From Eledone cirrhosa (Eukaryota), in assembly GCA_964016885.1 (NCBI GenBank), contig OZ024761.1, positions 23,374,001 to 23,438,000 of the forward strand: DNA of 64,000 bases, written 5' to 3'. The notes below the pieces were generated by a model. It did no database searches. It was not told the DNA's origin and worked only from the letters and a program-made list of their open reading frames with translations. The number at the start of each line of letters is the position of its first letter. Within the stretch, counting starts at the first letter, position 1. Positions 1-13,501 of this stretch are shown here, in pieces. The translations under genes and the position numbers were made by a program.

Positions 1-77
1 TCATCATCATCTTCATCTTTTTCATCTTCATCTTCATCATCATCATCATCATCATCTTCATCTTCATCTTCTTCATC

Positions 78-121
<44 letters not shown>

Positions 122-122
122 T
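1..122. repeat. (CAT)n/(CTT)n trinucleotide microsatellite
   Basis: Direct tcatcatca/tcttca runs. Confidence 0.95.
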
Positions 123-393
123 ATCGTTCGTCGGTGGCCTCAGCCGAAATGGAATCAACAATTGAACCCCACGTGGCTCTGTCGTTCATTGCTGTTGTCA
201 AGTCGTGGATTTCAATGCCAGAATCTCTGGAAATGACATCGGGATAGGAGAGCATGCGCCCCCTGTTGTTAGTGACTGGCTGCTTGTGGTTTTCAAAGCA
301 CTAATGGGGGACACAGCCTTATAGGTGGCATGATGACAGAGGCCAGCAAATCAGGATAGGAGAGCCTTGCGCCCCCGCCACTCCCCCAACCTT

Positions 394-583
394 GGTGAAT
401 TGGCAGTATCAGTAGAGGGTCGGATGCCATGCTTTCTAGCATAGTTACGTCCCTTTACGGTCTGAGTTCAAAGTCCCGCCGAGGTTAACTTTGCCTTTCA
501 TCCTTACGGGGTCGATAAAATAAAGTACCAGTAATACACTGGCTAATTTGCTGGCCTTGTGCCAAAAGTAGAAACAATTATTA
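394..583 (+). mobile_element. tRNA-derived SINE family 1, copy 1 (Nin/Deu-like core)
   Basis: A-box-like TGGCAGTATCAG, B-box GAGTTCAAAG, core GCCTTTCATCCTTACGGGGTCGATAAAATAAAGTACCAG; near-identical copies at 28398, 43436 and 29901 (-). Confidence 0.85.
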
Positions 584-1052
584 GTGACTGCTTGTGGTTT
601 CCAAAGTACTAATGGGGTCACAGCCTTGTAGTTGGCTTGATGGCAGAGGCCAGAAAATCTTAGACTGACTAATGAAGGAGTGATGCTAGTGCTGTGAAAT
701 CTTATATACATGAATTTCAATACTTCTTATTAATAACTGCATTATTTTTTTCCAGAGACTATGTTGAAAAATAAATATATGTATTTATGTATATATGTAT
801 GTCTGTGTATGTGTGTGTATTTATGTATGTGTGTATATGTATGTGTGTGTGTGTATGTGTATGTGTGTATATGTGTGTGTGTACGTGTATGTGCCTATAT
901 GTATGTGTGTGTGTACGTGTATGTGTGTCCTTTGTGTTCAGATAAAATTAGGTGTACGTCCATGTTTCAAATTATTTTGACCACATACTTTCTTTCTTAT
1001 TGCGAGAGTTTGTAGTCCTGTCCATTACTACACACACACTCACACACTCTCT

Positions 1053-1118
<66 letters not shown>

Positions 1119-1171
1119 CTCACTCTCTCTTTCTCTCTCTCTCTCTCTATATATATATATCACACATTCAC

Positions 1172-1206
<35 letters not shown>

Positions 1207-1514
1207 TACACACACACACTATATATATATTATATATCTCACGCACACACTCACCCAATCTCTCACACACACTCTCCCTCTCTCTCTATATATATATATA
1301 TCTCACACACTCACAATTTCTCTCTCTCTCTCTCTCTCACACACATACACACACACAATATATATATATTATATATCTCACGCACACACACTCTCTCTCT
1401 ATATATATATGTATATATATATATCACATACACACACACACTCACCCAATCTCTCACACACACTCTCCCCCAATCTCTCACACACACACTCTCTCCTACA
1501 CACTCTCCCCTACA

Positions 1515-1550
<36 letters not shown>

Positions 1551-2249
1551 CACATACACACACACACTCACCCAATCTCTAACACACACTCTCCCCCACA
1601 CACTCTCCCCCACACACTCTCCCACACACACTATCCCCCCACCCCCACCCCACTCTCCCCCACACACTCTCCCACACACACTATCCCCCACACCCCACAC
1701 TCTCCCCCACACACTCCCCCCACTCTCCCACACACACTATCCCCCCCACTCTCCCCCACACACTCTCCCACACACACTATCCCCCCACTCTCCCCCACAC
1801 ACTCTCCCTCTCTTGTTGTCATCCTTTAAATTATTACCACTCACTAAGACTTGGATTATCGGGTTTTAAAAATATTAGCTAGCGGAAATACTGTGATAAA
1901 CACAACTGTTACAATATTATCACGGCGGCCTTCTAAACTTCATCCGAGTAAATCTCATGAAAATATAAAATCTGGACAGTCGACAACCACACATTTCCAG
2001 CGGGTTATTATGCACTTACTATGTGCTGTTATTGCATTAGAATTTCAATAGAGAAGCTTGAGTGTCGTGCGGAGGAAGTGGAATAGCAGCAAACCATGGA
2101 TTATATCATTATTGTATTAAGTAGAAAACCTTCCTGCCCTAATACCCCCACTCCGTGCGCAGCATTCACATATATACGTTGAAACCCTAGAATGAAATAA
2201 AGACACGCATATATATATATATATATATATGTATATATCTGTATATGTG

Positions 2250-2298
<49 letters not shown>

Positions 2299-2433
2299 GG
2301 GTATATATATATGTATATGTGTATATATATATATACATATATATGGGTATATATATATATATACAGATATATAGATATATCTATATATGCATGGGTATAT
2401 GTATATATATGGGTATATATATATATATATATA

Positions 2434-2495
<62 letters not shown>

Positions 2496-2595
2496 CACAA
2501 ACAAAAAAGCGAACACGTATATACATACATACATATATACATAAGAACGAAACACGCTTAAAGACCGAACATTCTAAATACACAAAGACAAACGG

Positions 2596-2703
<108 letters not shown>

Positions 2704-3124
2704 AAAGATAAACATAAATATGGAATAATTATTCATGGAATTGTTTCTTTCAATAAATGCCAGAGATTGATTTTCTGCCAGAAATGATGTAGGGGAAACA
2801 CGCTAAATATTTCAAAACGGCAGCCATTATCAGTCACGTGACAGACAAGAGGGAAAAAACTGGAACGATGATGAAACACGAAACGAAACCTGATACACCA
2901 CAAGAAAAGTTATCCAGCCTAAAGCAGATCGAAGCCACCAGAAAGAACACTATATTCAAAGCTGCTGATATCGATCGTTAAGTCCCCATTATTCATTCGC
3001 TTAGCCAGTGGCGTGGGGGCTCGTCAGATCTGACCAAGGAAACAATGTGTTCACATTGGTCTTTTCATTGCTGTTATTATCAGTCAGTCACAAATCCTGG
3101 CAGAATATATATATATATATATAT

Positions 3125-3426
3125 GCAAAAGTTTTATTTAAAATTGTTGGGTTACAACGAGTAAATATTTTATAACTGATATAAAGCACTCAACAAGTTT
3201 TGGAGTAGATATACGATATTAAACAAATGTAAACTATATTTATAAAACCATATTTATTTCATTATACATAGCAAACCAACTTTTTTTAAATGGAAGTTGA
3301 TCAATATTTTATGGTACGTCAAATTTATTTATAAAACTGCAAATTTATTTATAAAACTGTATCCCTGAAATATGTATAATGAAATAAATATGGTTTTATA
3401 AATATAGTTTCCATTTGTTTAATATC

Positions 3427-3430
<4 letters not shown>
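3125..3430. mobile_element. HHR element family B, fold-back remnant
   Basis: Arms tttataaaccatatttatttcattatacata / tatgtataatgaaataaatatggttttataaa; homologous to 9790, 40060 and 60050; (TA)n on both sides. Confidence 0.8.
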
Positions 3431-3457
<27 letters not shown>

Positions 3458-3458
<1 letters not shown>

Positions 3459-3532
3459 GTTATTCCGGGTTGAATCGGAGGTAACCACAGTAAGTAAGGT
3501 ACTCAATTCTAGTCCTGTAGAATCTATATTAA

Positions 3533-3537
<5 letters not shown>
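3458..3537. mobile_element. HHR element family E, deleted fold-back fragment
   Basis: ggtaaccacagtaagtaaggtactcaat joined to tctagtcctgtagaatc, both seen in the 16540-16806 copy. Confidence 0.7.
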
Positions 3538-3566
<29 letters not shown>

Positions 3567-3629
3567 CAATAATAATACATTTGAAGACTAAAATCCAAAG
3601 AGGGCTCGATAAGGATAAACATATATGAA

Positions 3630-3899
3630 AATATGTGTCAAAAGTGACACAGAGGCGACTGAGGTTAGCTGGACATGCTCACCGACATCCAGAGTTGACA
3701 TTGCACTCAGTGCTCCTTTGGGAGCCCCTACATGGACACACTAGAAGATGAAGACTAAGGTTAACGTATGTTGATGCCCTAAGGACAGACACTGGTCTGT
3801 TGGAGACGCAGGACATGGCAGCGATAATGAGGGACAGAGACCGCTGGAGAGAACTCGTCTATGGATCTCGGGAATTTTACCCGCCCTAGATAGATAGAT
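3630..3899 (+). mobile_element. 5'-truncated RTE-clade LINE 3' end with (TAGA)n tail
   Basis: Translates as RRLRLAGHAHRHPELTLHSVLLWEPLHGHTRR*RLRLTYVDALRTDTGLLETQDMAAIMRDRDRWR, resembling RTE ORF C-termini, then a stop and tagatagata. Confidence 0.8.
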
Positions 3900-3940
3900 A
3901 TAAGAACCGTACAGCAAATATTTATTAAATAACAGATTAA

Positions 3941-3991
3941 AGTTTAAGCAAAGAATCTCTGCTTTCACCCTTAACGGGATCTTCTGAAACT
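3941..3991 (-). ncRNA. Type I hammerhead-like motif, family A, variant core CAGAAGA
   Basis: AGTTT-CAGAAGA-tCCCgttaaGGGt-GAAA-GCAGAG att CTTTGC-T-T-AAACT; all three stems form but the core has U4A. Confidence 0.6.
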
Positions 3992-4178
3992 AAAAAAGTC
4001 AATCTGTAAACGCAGAACGTTTCCACAAACCAAAGTATCGTCTTCCTGTCTTCCTTCGGTTGCAACGTTTTTTTAAATATTTACTTCTGCGTTCACAGAT
4101 TGACTTTTTTAGTTTCAGAAGATCCCGTTAAGGGTGAAAGCAGCGATTCTTTGTGATATATATTACATATTATATATA

Positions 4179-4249
<71 letters not shown>

Positions 4250-4774
4250 GTAATATATATATATGATGGCTGCAGACTCTGCTAAGTGTGTTGCAACCGC
4301 TTTTCAGATTATAGAGTTTGGTGCACTTTTATGCTACGGTCAGCCACACAAACGTGTAATATATCCTGAACAAGCAATGTCTGTGCGTTGAGGGTTATTT
4401 AGGTGAGGAAAGGCCTCGCATTTGACCAATTCCACTCTCTGAGCATCGAAAACACTAACGAAAAAGGAGAACTTGTCAACATCATCAGATGCTTCCGAAG
4501 CCCCGGTTTACATGTAGATGATGGAAGGCACCAGAGATATATGTGTTGTCAACGCTGATGGCATCGACCCGCAAGTTCCCAGTCTTCACTCGTTTACCCA
4601 ATCGTGTGGAGCGCGTCAAATCGGACCGAGGAAACATTGCTGATACTCTCAGTGAAGTGAATCAAAAGCCTGGAAGAAGGAGCAACAGAAAATAAGATGT
4701 CTTTTTTGCTCCGGGAATCGAACTTACAACATCATGATAGTGTATCCAGTTCTCTAACCACTAACAACCCAGAC

Positions 4775-4978
4775 CTCATTCGCTTCTTGAGTGGGGTGAA
4801 GCTTGTCAGATCAGTCCAAGGAAACAATGTTTCCATTGCTGATACGATCTACCCGCCATAACCCCTGGCAGAAAGAAAGCAACGTCTGAAATAAAGTGTC
4901 TTGTTTGCTCAAGGAGATAACACAAGGCCCGGTTGGGGAATCGAACCCGCAAACTCACGATTACGAAGCACTGATTGT
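4775..4978 (-). mobile_element. tRNA-derived SINE family 2
   Basis: Minus strand reads GGTTCGATTCCCC (B-box) then ccttgagcaa...gacactttatttc; related pieces at about 2990-3060, 4705-4765, 24325-24400 (+) and 37620-37705. Confidence 0.7.
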
Positions 4979-5595
4979 AAGTGCATCTTGTAAGTGGAAC
5001 AGTAAAAATATACAATAAATTTTTTAAGTACCTCTTCAATGTTATTGATGTCTGAATTACAAGACGGAGTTTTGTTGATTTGCCAGAACAATACACGGCA
5101 TTTTTTTAATATGAACAATACAAATATTTAAAAGGAAAGACAGCAAACATACATGTATGTATGTATGTATGTATGTATGTATGTATGTATGTATGTATGT
5201 ATGTATGTATGTATGTATGTATGTATGTATGTATGTATGTATGTATACTAACAGATAAAGTGAGAAAGAAATACGGATTGACGGAGAAAACCAAAGTGTG
5301 TGTGTGTATATATATATATATATAGAGAGAGAGCGAGAGGTGCCTCAGTTCCAGTTTTCGTGCCTCCGTGTGTCTCCATGGGCTCTTTATATTAATATAT
5401 ATATATATATACATACAGATATATATTTATATAAATATATACAGATATATATATATATATACGTATATATATATATATATACATACAGATATATATATAC
5501 ATACAGATATATATATACATACAGATATATATATATATATACATACAGATATATATGTATATAGATATATACAGATATATATATATATATATACG

Positions 5596-5627
<32 letters not shown>

Positions 5628-5776
5628 CAGATATATATATACATACAGATATATATATATATATATACATACAGATATATATATATATATACATACATAT
5701 ATATATATATATATACATACAGATATATATATGCATACAGATATATGTTTATATAGATATATATATATATATTTAC

Positions 5777-5811
<35 letters not shown>

Positions 5812-5878
5812 CAGATATATTTATATATATATAGACATATATACATACACACATATATACATACACATATATATATAC

Positions 5879-5929
<51 letters not shown>

Positions 5930-5952
5930 TATACATATATATACATATATAT

Positions 5953-6015
<63 letters not shown>

Positions 6016-6544
6016 TGTGTGTGTGGCCGCATGTGAAAAAGCCATAATTACGAAAGAGATGTGAAATTGGCATGTACGAGAGAAATTAATTGATATGACA
6101 GCAATTATTGGTTATTGATACAGCGACTGTCAAACTACCACACAGCCATGCAGCCATCTTCTGGAATATTCCACTCTATTCCAGTATATACCACTAATAA
6201 GACACTTAATGACAGACAGAATATTTCCCCTGATTCCACCTCCTCCTCCTCCTCTTTCTTCTCCCCCCTCCTCCTACTCCCCCACCCCTTCATCTTCATT
6301 CACCTCCTCCTTCTCATCTGTCCACTCTCTTCATTTTGTGTGTGTGCGTGTGTGTGTGTGTGTGTTGTCTTCTCTTTGCTATACAATTTAGACATCATCG
6401 CCATCATCATCATCATCATTGTCATCATCATCACAATCATCATCATCATAATAGTGGAGCAGCTTGCTTATGGAGTTAACGTTTAAGTGCCTGAGCACAC
6501 CCCTGTCACGTGTAACCCTTTTTCGTGATTCTCAAGGATATATT

Positions 6545-7140
6545 CAGCATGGATATATGTCAGCCGAAGGAAGCTAACCACTCAGGAGACATGACCAGGA
6601 TGTGACCCGGTCCCCTTAGAATGTAAAAAGTTTATGGCCGAAACACTCGCTTGAGGGAGGTTACTTCTCTGAAGACCTTCTGCTGTCTAGCTCTCCTGAG
6701 AGTTTCTTGGTCATTTCACTCAAAAGACCATCATATCTTTTGCCAGCTGTGTGAAATATAATTTACTTAACGACACAACGTACTACAAGACCAGAGTATC
6801 GAACTCATGATTTCATGGCTGTCAGTCGAAGGAATCTAACCACTCAACGGTAATGACCTGGATGTGACCGGGCCCACTTAGAATGTAGGAAGATTATGGC
6901 CGAAACACTCGCTTGAGAGAGGTTACTTCTCTGAAGATCTTCTGTCTAGCTCTCCTGAGAGTTTTTTACCACTGCATATGTATATGACAAGCTAGTCATT
7001 TGACACAAAAGACCATTATATTTTTTGCCAGCTTTATGAAATATAATTTATTGTTCAGCAACACAACGTAACACACGACCAGAGTATCGAACTCAGGATT
7101 TCATGGCTGTCAGCCAAAAGAAACTAACCACTAAGTCACA
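6545..7140. repeat. Diverged tandem duplication, about 270-290 bp x2, containing SINE-head remnants
   Basis: ggccgaaacactcgcttgag...ccagagtatcgaactca...tttcatggctgtcag occurs twice. Confidence 0.85.
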
Positions 7141-7446
7141 AGACATCACTGTATCATAGAAAATGAAAGATGGAGTCACATTAAATGCGATTCCTTTACG
7201 ATAAAGTGACGATTTTATTACAGCTAGTTTTATAGATGATATCAGGTAATTCCTCTTTACATGGATTGCAACGTAATTCGTACTGACAGAGCTGTAAACA
7301 ATAGCGCCGTAATGATGTACTTGGTGTTGTTCTTGGTGATGGTGATGGTGGTGGTGGTAGTGGTGGTTGTGTTAGTGATGGTGATGGTGGTGTTGTTGTT
7401 GTTGCCTATGTTGTTGCCTTTGCTGCTGTTATTGGCGATGATGGTG

Positions 7447-7647
7447 GTGTTCGTGAAGGTGGTGGTAGTGATGGTGGTGATGCAAGTGGTGCTGGTGTTC
7501 GTGAAGGTGGTGGTAGTGATGGTGGTGATGCAAGTGGTGCTGGTGTTCGTGAAGGTGGTGGTAGTGATGGTGGTGATGCAAGTGGTGCTGGTGTTCGTGA
7601 AGGTGGTGGTAGTGATGGTGGTGATGCAAGTGGTGCTGGTGTTCGTA
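7447..7647. repeat. 48-bp minisatellite, about 4 copies
   Basis: Unit gtgttcgtgaaggtggtggtagtgatggtggtgatgcaagtggtgctg. Confidence 0.9.
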
Positions 7648-8039
7648 GCGTTCGTTGTGGTGGCGATGCTGAGGGCAATGATTGTGGTAGTGTTGTTGTT
7701 ATTGATGATAGTGTTAGTGGTGATGATGGCGGCGCTGCTGGTATCGTTGTTATTGGTGATGATGGTCGTAGTGATGTTATTTTATGCTGTTATTTATGTT
7801 ACTGCTCCTGATAGTGTCGAGCGGGAGCCGTGTTGGTGTTGTTATTACTGTTGTTAATGATGTTATTGGTAGAGGCGGTGGTGGTGGTGGTGGTGGTGGT
7901 GGTGGTGGTGGTTGTGGTTGTGGTGGTGTTACTATTGTTAGTGGTGTTGTTGTTATTGATGGTGGGAATAGTTGTGGTGATGGTGGTGAATGATGATGGT
8001 AGCGGGGATTTCGTCGTTGTTCTAGTTGGTGGGTGTAGT

Positions 8040-8540
8040 GGAGACGGCGGTGATGTTACTACTGTTGTTGTATGGTGGTGGAGACGGCGGTGATGTTACT
8101 ACTGTTGTGTTATGGTGATGGAGACGGCGGTGATGTTATTACTGTTGTTGTATGGTGGTGGAGACGGCGGTGATGTTACTACTGTTGTTGTATGGTGGTG
8201 GAGACGGCGGTGATGTTATTACTGTTGTTGTATGGTGGTGGAGACGGCGGTGATGTTACTACTGTTGTTGTATGGTGGTGGAGACGGCGGTGATGTTATT
8301 ACTGTTGTTGTATGGTGGTGGAGACGGCGGTGATGTTACTACTGTTGTTGTATGGTGGTGGAGACGGCGGTGATGTTATTACTGTTGTTGTATGGTGGTG
8401 GAGACGGCGGTGATGTTACTACTGTTGTTGTATGGTGATGGAGACGGCGGTGATGTTATTACTGTTGTTGTATGGTGGTGGAGACGGCGGTGATGTTATT
8501 ACTGTTGTGTTATGGTGATGGAGACGGCGGTGATGTTATT
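8040..8540. repeat. 40-bp minisatellite, about 12.5 copies
   Basis: gagacggcggtgatgtta recurs at 8041, 8081, 8121 ... 8521. Confidence 0.95.
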
Positions 8541-8731
8541 TAAGCCGTTGATCATGCTATAGTTATTGTTGTATTTGGCTGTTAACTCGCAGTAATTGGA
8601 GTTTTATTACTAATATCCAACTTGCTTCTGACATTAACTACACAATGTGGTGTATATATATATATATATGCATGTATATATATGTGTGTGTATGTGTGTG
8701 TGTGTGTGTGTGTAAATATATATATATGTAG

Positions 8732-8765
<34 letters not shown>

Positions 8766-8909
8766 TTACATATATATATATATATATATATACATAAGTA
8801 TATATATGTACAAGTATATATATATATATAATGTGTGGGTGTATGTGAATGCGTATTTATGTATCCTGTATAAAATTAACTACAGAATGGATGGTGTATA
8901 TATATGTAC

Positions 8910-8982
<73 letters not shown>

Positions 8983-9016
8983 ATACTCGCAAATCTAATT
9001 CATCGCCGTGATATAT

Positions 9017-9162
<146 letters not shown>

Positions 9163-9185
9163 CATATATATATATATTTATATAC

Positions 9186-9217
<32 letters not shown>

Positions 9218-9332
9218 ATATATTTATATATATGTATATATATATTTATATATATTTATATTTATATATATATATATTTATATTTATATATATATATATT
9301 TATATATATATATTTATATATTTATATTTATA

Positions 9333-9365
<33 letters not shown>

Positions 9366-9371
9366 ATATAA

Positions 9372-9406
<35 letters not shown>

Positions 9407-9586
9407 CACGCGCACCTGCATAAAATATATTACGTAAATAAATTTTACATAAACATTGAATCTATTCTAAATTCTGTGAAGAAGAAATGAAAGAAACTAA
9501 TTTTATTTATATAGTAAGAAAGAACACATCAGACTTGGAAACCTATTGAGATCTTCTCCAAGTCAATCTATTATTCTAATGGAGAA

Positions 9587-9711
9587 GGCCGGTGGATTGG
9601 CAGTAGTGGTAGAGAGTCGGACACCATGCTTTGCAGCATAGAGTTACGGCCCTTTATGTTCTGAGTTCAAATCGCTCCAAGGTCATCTTTTTTTTTTATT
9701 TCATCCTTACG
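9587..9711 (+). mobile_element. SINE family 1, 3'-truncated
   Basis: ggtggattggcagtagtggtagagagtcggacaccatgc...ctgagttcaaatc...tttcatccttacg. Confidence 0.8.
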
Positions 9712-9789
9712 CATTGATAATTTCCTTCGAATGAAACAGTTCTAGTGCTGTAGAAGCCATGTCTATATTAAATATGTATATATATATAT

Positions 9790-10097
9790 AATATACGATA
9801 GTAAACAAATGGAAACTATATTTATAAAACCATATTTATTTCATTATACATATTTCAGGGATACCATATTAAAAATATGGCATGCCTTCGTCAGATAAAA
9901 TACAATATATAAACTGTTTTATAAATAATTTTGACGTATCCCTGAAATATGTATAATGAAAATTAATATGGTTTTATAAATATAGTTTCCTTTTGTTTAC
10001 TATCGTATATCTACTCCAAAAACTTGTCGAGTGCTTTATATCGGTTATAAAATATTTACTTGTTGTAACCCAACAATTATAAATAAAACTTTTGCAC
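9790..10097. mobile_element. HHR element family B, fold-back copy
   Basis: Inverted arms at about 9792-9863 and 9937-10008; (TA)n flanks. Confidence 0.85.
9837..9902 (-). ncRNA. Type I hammerhead ribozyme, family B
   Basis: TATTTTAT-CTGACGA-AGGcATGCCATATT ttt AATATGGTATcCCT-GAAA-TATGTA-T-A-ATGAAATA. Confidence 0.75.
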
Positions 10098-10354
10098 ATA
10101 TATATATATATATATATATAAACGGAAAAAAATGAAACGAAATTTCATTTCCCACTCTTATAACGGCTGTTACTTAAATATAAGTATGTACACGTACATA
10201 CATATATGTATACAGACGTACAGTAGTATGTATATATACATATACATACATGCACACATATATATATGTACGTATGGATTCACTGAACATTTATTATAAT
10301 GCTCGGTGTGTTTGTAAACAAACATCCCGTATTAAGCCGTAGTGTCCAGCATCC

Positions 10355-10550
10355 ATATATAACAATGAAAGTGTGGTCAGAAACCAGGTGGACCGTAACG
10401 AACTAGAGTACTCGATACTTAGGGTAGTAGAGTGGGTAATAGGAAAAGTGTCAGGACCCCTACGGTTGACCTCCGGTCGTTTCGACAGCTCAGGTCTAGC
10501 TGTCGAAACGGCAGGAGCTCAGTCGTCGGGGTCCTGACTCTTTTCCTACA
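10355..10550. mobile_element. HHR-like element family C, fold-back copy
   Basis: Symmetry centre cgtttcGACAGCTcaggtctAGCTGTCgaaacg; homologues at 20160, 23950, 34410 and 59855. Confidence 0.75.
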
Positions 10551-10596
10551 CACACTCATATATTTATATATATTTATATATATATATATATATATA

Positions 10597-10743
10597 GTAA
10601 TAATAATAAATTTGAAGACTAAAATCCAAAGAGGGCTCGATGAGGAAAAATATATATCAGATATATAAGAACCCTAGAGTAAATATTTATTAAAATAACA
10701 GATTAAAGTTTAAGCTTAAACTTTAATCTGTTATTTTAATAAA
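10597..10743. mobile_element. Family A copy folded back at stem I/III
   Basis: Palindrome aacagattaaagtttaagcttaaactttaatctgtt. Confidence 0.8.
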
Positions 10744-10819
10744 TATATATGTATATATATATTTGTTTTGCGAGGTTTTTGATATGAAATTGTGTGTCGA
10801 AACAAATATATATATATAC

Positions 10820-11100
10820 ATTTAGGTTTGTTGGTTCACCACTGGATAGAACTGGCCATTCCGTATGGTCAACCTCGATGTAATATTAGGGAGAGCACTC
10901 GACGTAATGCAACTCACCCGTCGTCGTTTGTGTTGTTGGTGGTGCGAGTACGGAGTTAATTATTATAATAAAATAACAGGAGGCCGGACTGGTGTAATTC
11001 CTTAAAGGTTTATTATACTATGAACATTTCAATGACCGGGTTCAGAATGAATCCGGTGACATCATCAGGTATTCCGAAATTTAACATATAATCCATTATA
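10820..11100 (-). mobile_element. HHR element family D
   Basis: About 270 bp homologous to 55475-55740 and 56010-56220. Confidence 0.8.
11015..11072 (-). ncRNA. Type I hammerhead ribozyme, family D
   Basis: ATAC-CTGATGA-TGtcACCGG...CCGGTCAtt-GAAA-TGttCA-T-A-GTAT. Confidence 0.75.
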
Positions 11101-11629
11101 ATCTATGGGGCTGAATAGGCAGAGCGACAAGTAGGAGGCCACACATTTAGCAGTTTCTAGTTCGGTTGGCCGAAATATATGTATATTTATTAATGTGAGA
11201 AGCTTTAGTAAAGGCCATTGTCCAAATAGAGTATATAATTATGTACAACACCCTGTTATACTACAGCATGTGTGAAGCAGTAAAGAGGTCGCAGCAATGA
11301 AATTTACTTAGTCTCTCTACATACAGAGGAAGAGGCACAAATTGGTTCCCACTGGTAATGTAATGATAATCATTACGTTGGACACCGATCACTATATTAT
11401 TCCATGATGGAAGTGTGAGCGGATGGGGAGGGGCGTAGGATGTGAGGGGAGGGGGTGAGGATGTGTTTGGGGATGGGGAGGGTAGTTGGGCGTGGAGAGC
11501 GGATGAGGTTAGAAATAGAGATAAAATTGGTACAAGGATATATATGAATATATATATATATACATATATATATAAATATATATATACATATATATATAAA
11601 AATATATATATGTATATATGTACGTGTAC

Positions 11630-11691
<62 letters not shown>

Positions 11692-11726
11692 CTGTGTATG
11701 TATATATATATATATATGTACCTGTG

Positions 11727-11759
<33 letters not shown>

Positions 11760-11837
11760 ATATATATATAAATATCTGTCTCTTTATCTCTCTATATCTA
11801 ATATATATTTATATAGATAGATAGGTAGGTGGATATA

Positions 11838-11892
<55 letters not shown>

Positions 11893-11899
<7 letters not shown>

Positions 11900-12058
11900 T
11901 AACAGATTAAAGTTTAAGCAAAGAATCGCTGCTTTCACCCTTAACGGGATCTTCAGAAGATCCCGTTAAGGGTGAAAGCAGCGGTTCTTATATATCTGAT
12001 ATATATTTTTCCTTATCGAACCCTCTTTGGATTTTAGTCTTCAAATTTATTATTATTG

Positions 12059-12060
<2 letters not shown>
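11893..12060. mobile_element. Family A copy with symmetry centre in the HHR core
   Basis: gctttcacccttaacgggatcttc-a-gaagatcccgttaagggtgaaagc; minus strand has a canonical CTGAAGA. Confidence 0.8.
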
Positions 12061-12101
<41 letters not shown>

Positions 12102-12116
12102 AATAAAATTAATGGG

Positions 12117-12196
<80 letters not shown>

Positions 12197-12769
12197 TGTG
12201 TGTGTGAGAGTGGGAGGGGTATTAACATATGTATTAATATATGTAAACAGAGAGGCTGATATATATATATATATATACATGTGTGTGTGTAAATATATAT
12301 ATATATATACACATACACATGTATATATATATGACTCTTTAGATATATATATGTATATATATATATATATATATATTATATTATATTATATATATTATAT
12401 TATATATATGTGTATATACATATATATATATAAACAGTCAGATAGACCGAGGGATTGAGAGAGAGTGAGAGAGAGAGAGAGAGCGAGAGAGAGAGAGAGA
12501 GAGAGCGGGTGTGTGGGTATGCAGGTATGTAGACAGATAAATAGATAAATAGTTGAGGAGATAGATAGATCGAATGATTGATTAGTTGATCGGTTGTTAC
12601 ATTAAGTGATTGCCTGTGTCACCTCAATTATATCAAGTTGATTCGATGAAGCAGTTCAGGAGAAACGGCGTTCAGTGAATCAGAGAGAGAGATGGAGTAG
12701 ACGGCTTAATTACTAATGGTGATGAGGTGGGGGTGGGGGGGCGTTGGTGGTGGAGGGAGTGGAGGGAGA

Positions 12770-13050
12770 TGTTTGTGATGGGATTGGTGGAGGAGTAGGG
12801 AGAGGGTTGGGATGGGGTTGGTGGTGGAGGAGTAGGGAGAGGTTTCAGATGGGGTTGGTGGTGGAGGAGTAGGGAGAGGGTTAGGATGGGGTTGGTGGTG
12901 GAGGAGTAGGGAGAGGGTTGGGATGGGGTTGGTGGTGGAGGAGTAGGGAGAGGGTTGGGATGGGGTTGGTGGTGGAGGAGTAGGGGGATGTTTGAGATGG
13001 GGTTGGTGGTGGAGGAGTAGGGAGAGTGTTGGGATGGGGTTGGTGGTGGA
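12770..13050. repeat. G-rich minisatellite, about 37 bp
   Basis: ggaggagtagggagagggttgggatggggttggtggt repeated about 7 times. Confidence 0.85.
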
Positions 13051-13447
13051 GGAGGAGGAGGGAGAAGAGAAGAGATGAGAGGAGAGGGTTGGGTTAGGGT
13101 TGGCGGAGGAGGGAGAGGAGGAAGAGATGGAGGAGAAGTAGAAGTGATGCAGAAAAATGAGGAGGAGTAGGAGGCGGAAGGTGGCGGGTATGTTGAAGGG
13201 TTAGGTGGAACAAGAGCTAGTGTGGGAGAAGAGGTGGATGATGGGAGGAATAGACGGTGTGGGAGAGGTACGAGGCAGCAGTGGGGTGGTGTGAGGGGAG
13301 GACGGGTAAGGAGGAAGTAATAGGGGAATGGTAAGAGAAAGAAGATGTTGGTGACGATGCTGAACAATAAGGGAAGGGGGGAGGACAGGAAGAAGATGAC
13401 AGGTGGAGATGGTGAAAGAAAACAACAAAAATACGACGAGCCGCTAC

Positions 13448-13501
13448 CGTAGGTTTCGAACGAGAGTACTCCAGTTGTATCATCAACGGAAAAACCTGCT
13501 C
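13448..13501 (-). CDS. Possible 54-nt internal exon of an unknown gene
   Basis: Unique island with tttcag acceptor and weak GTAGCG donor; length divisible by 3; open as EQVFPLMIQLEYSRSKPT or (G)AGFSVDDTTGVLSFETY. Confidence 0.22.

Larger units (their letters stand above)
3567..4153. mobile_element. HHR element family A, fold-back copy interrupted by an RTE fragment
   Basis: gaagactaaaatccaaagagggctcgataagg...aacagattaaagtttaagcaaagaatc shared with 10597, 11893, 39707 and 48908; inverted arms at about 3949-4017 and 4084-4153. Confidence 0.8.

Noticed and set aside
455-480. tRNA genes suggested by GTTCRA B-box motifs
   Set aside because: No cloverleaf can be formed; they are SINE heads
6636-6945. 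ccGAAAC...GTT...CTGAAGA as a type II hammerhead (two copies)
   Set aside because: Only 6 nt lie between the putative cleavage site and the core, so stem I cannot form; at best a degenerate relic
8040-8540. CRISPR-like appearance of regular arrays (also 16883-18018 and 37069-37440)
   Set aside because: Head-to-tail units without unique spacers, eukaryotic context, no cas genes
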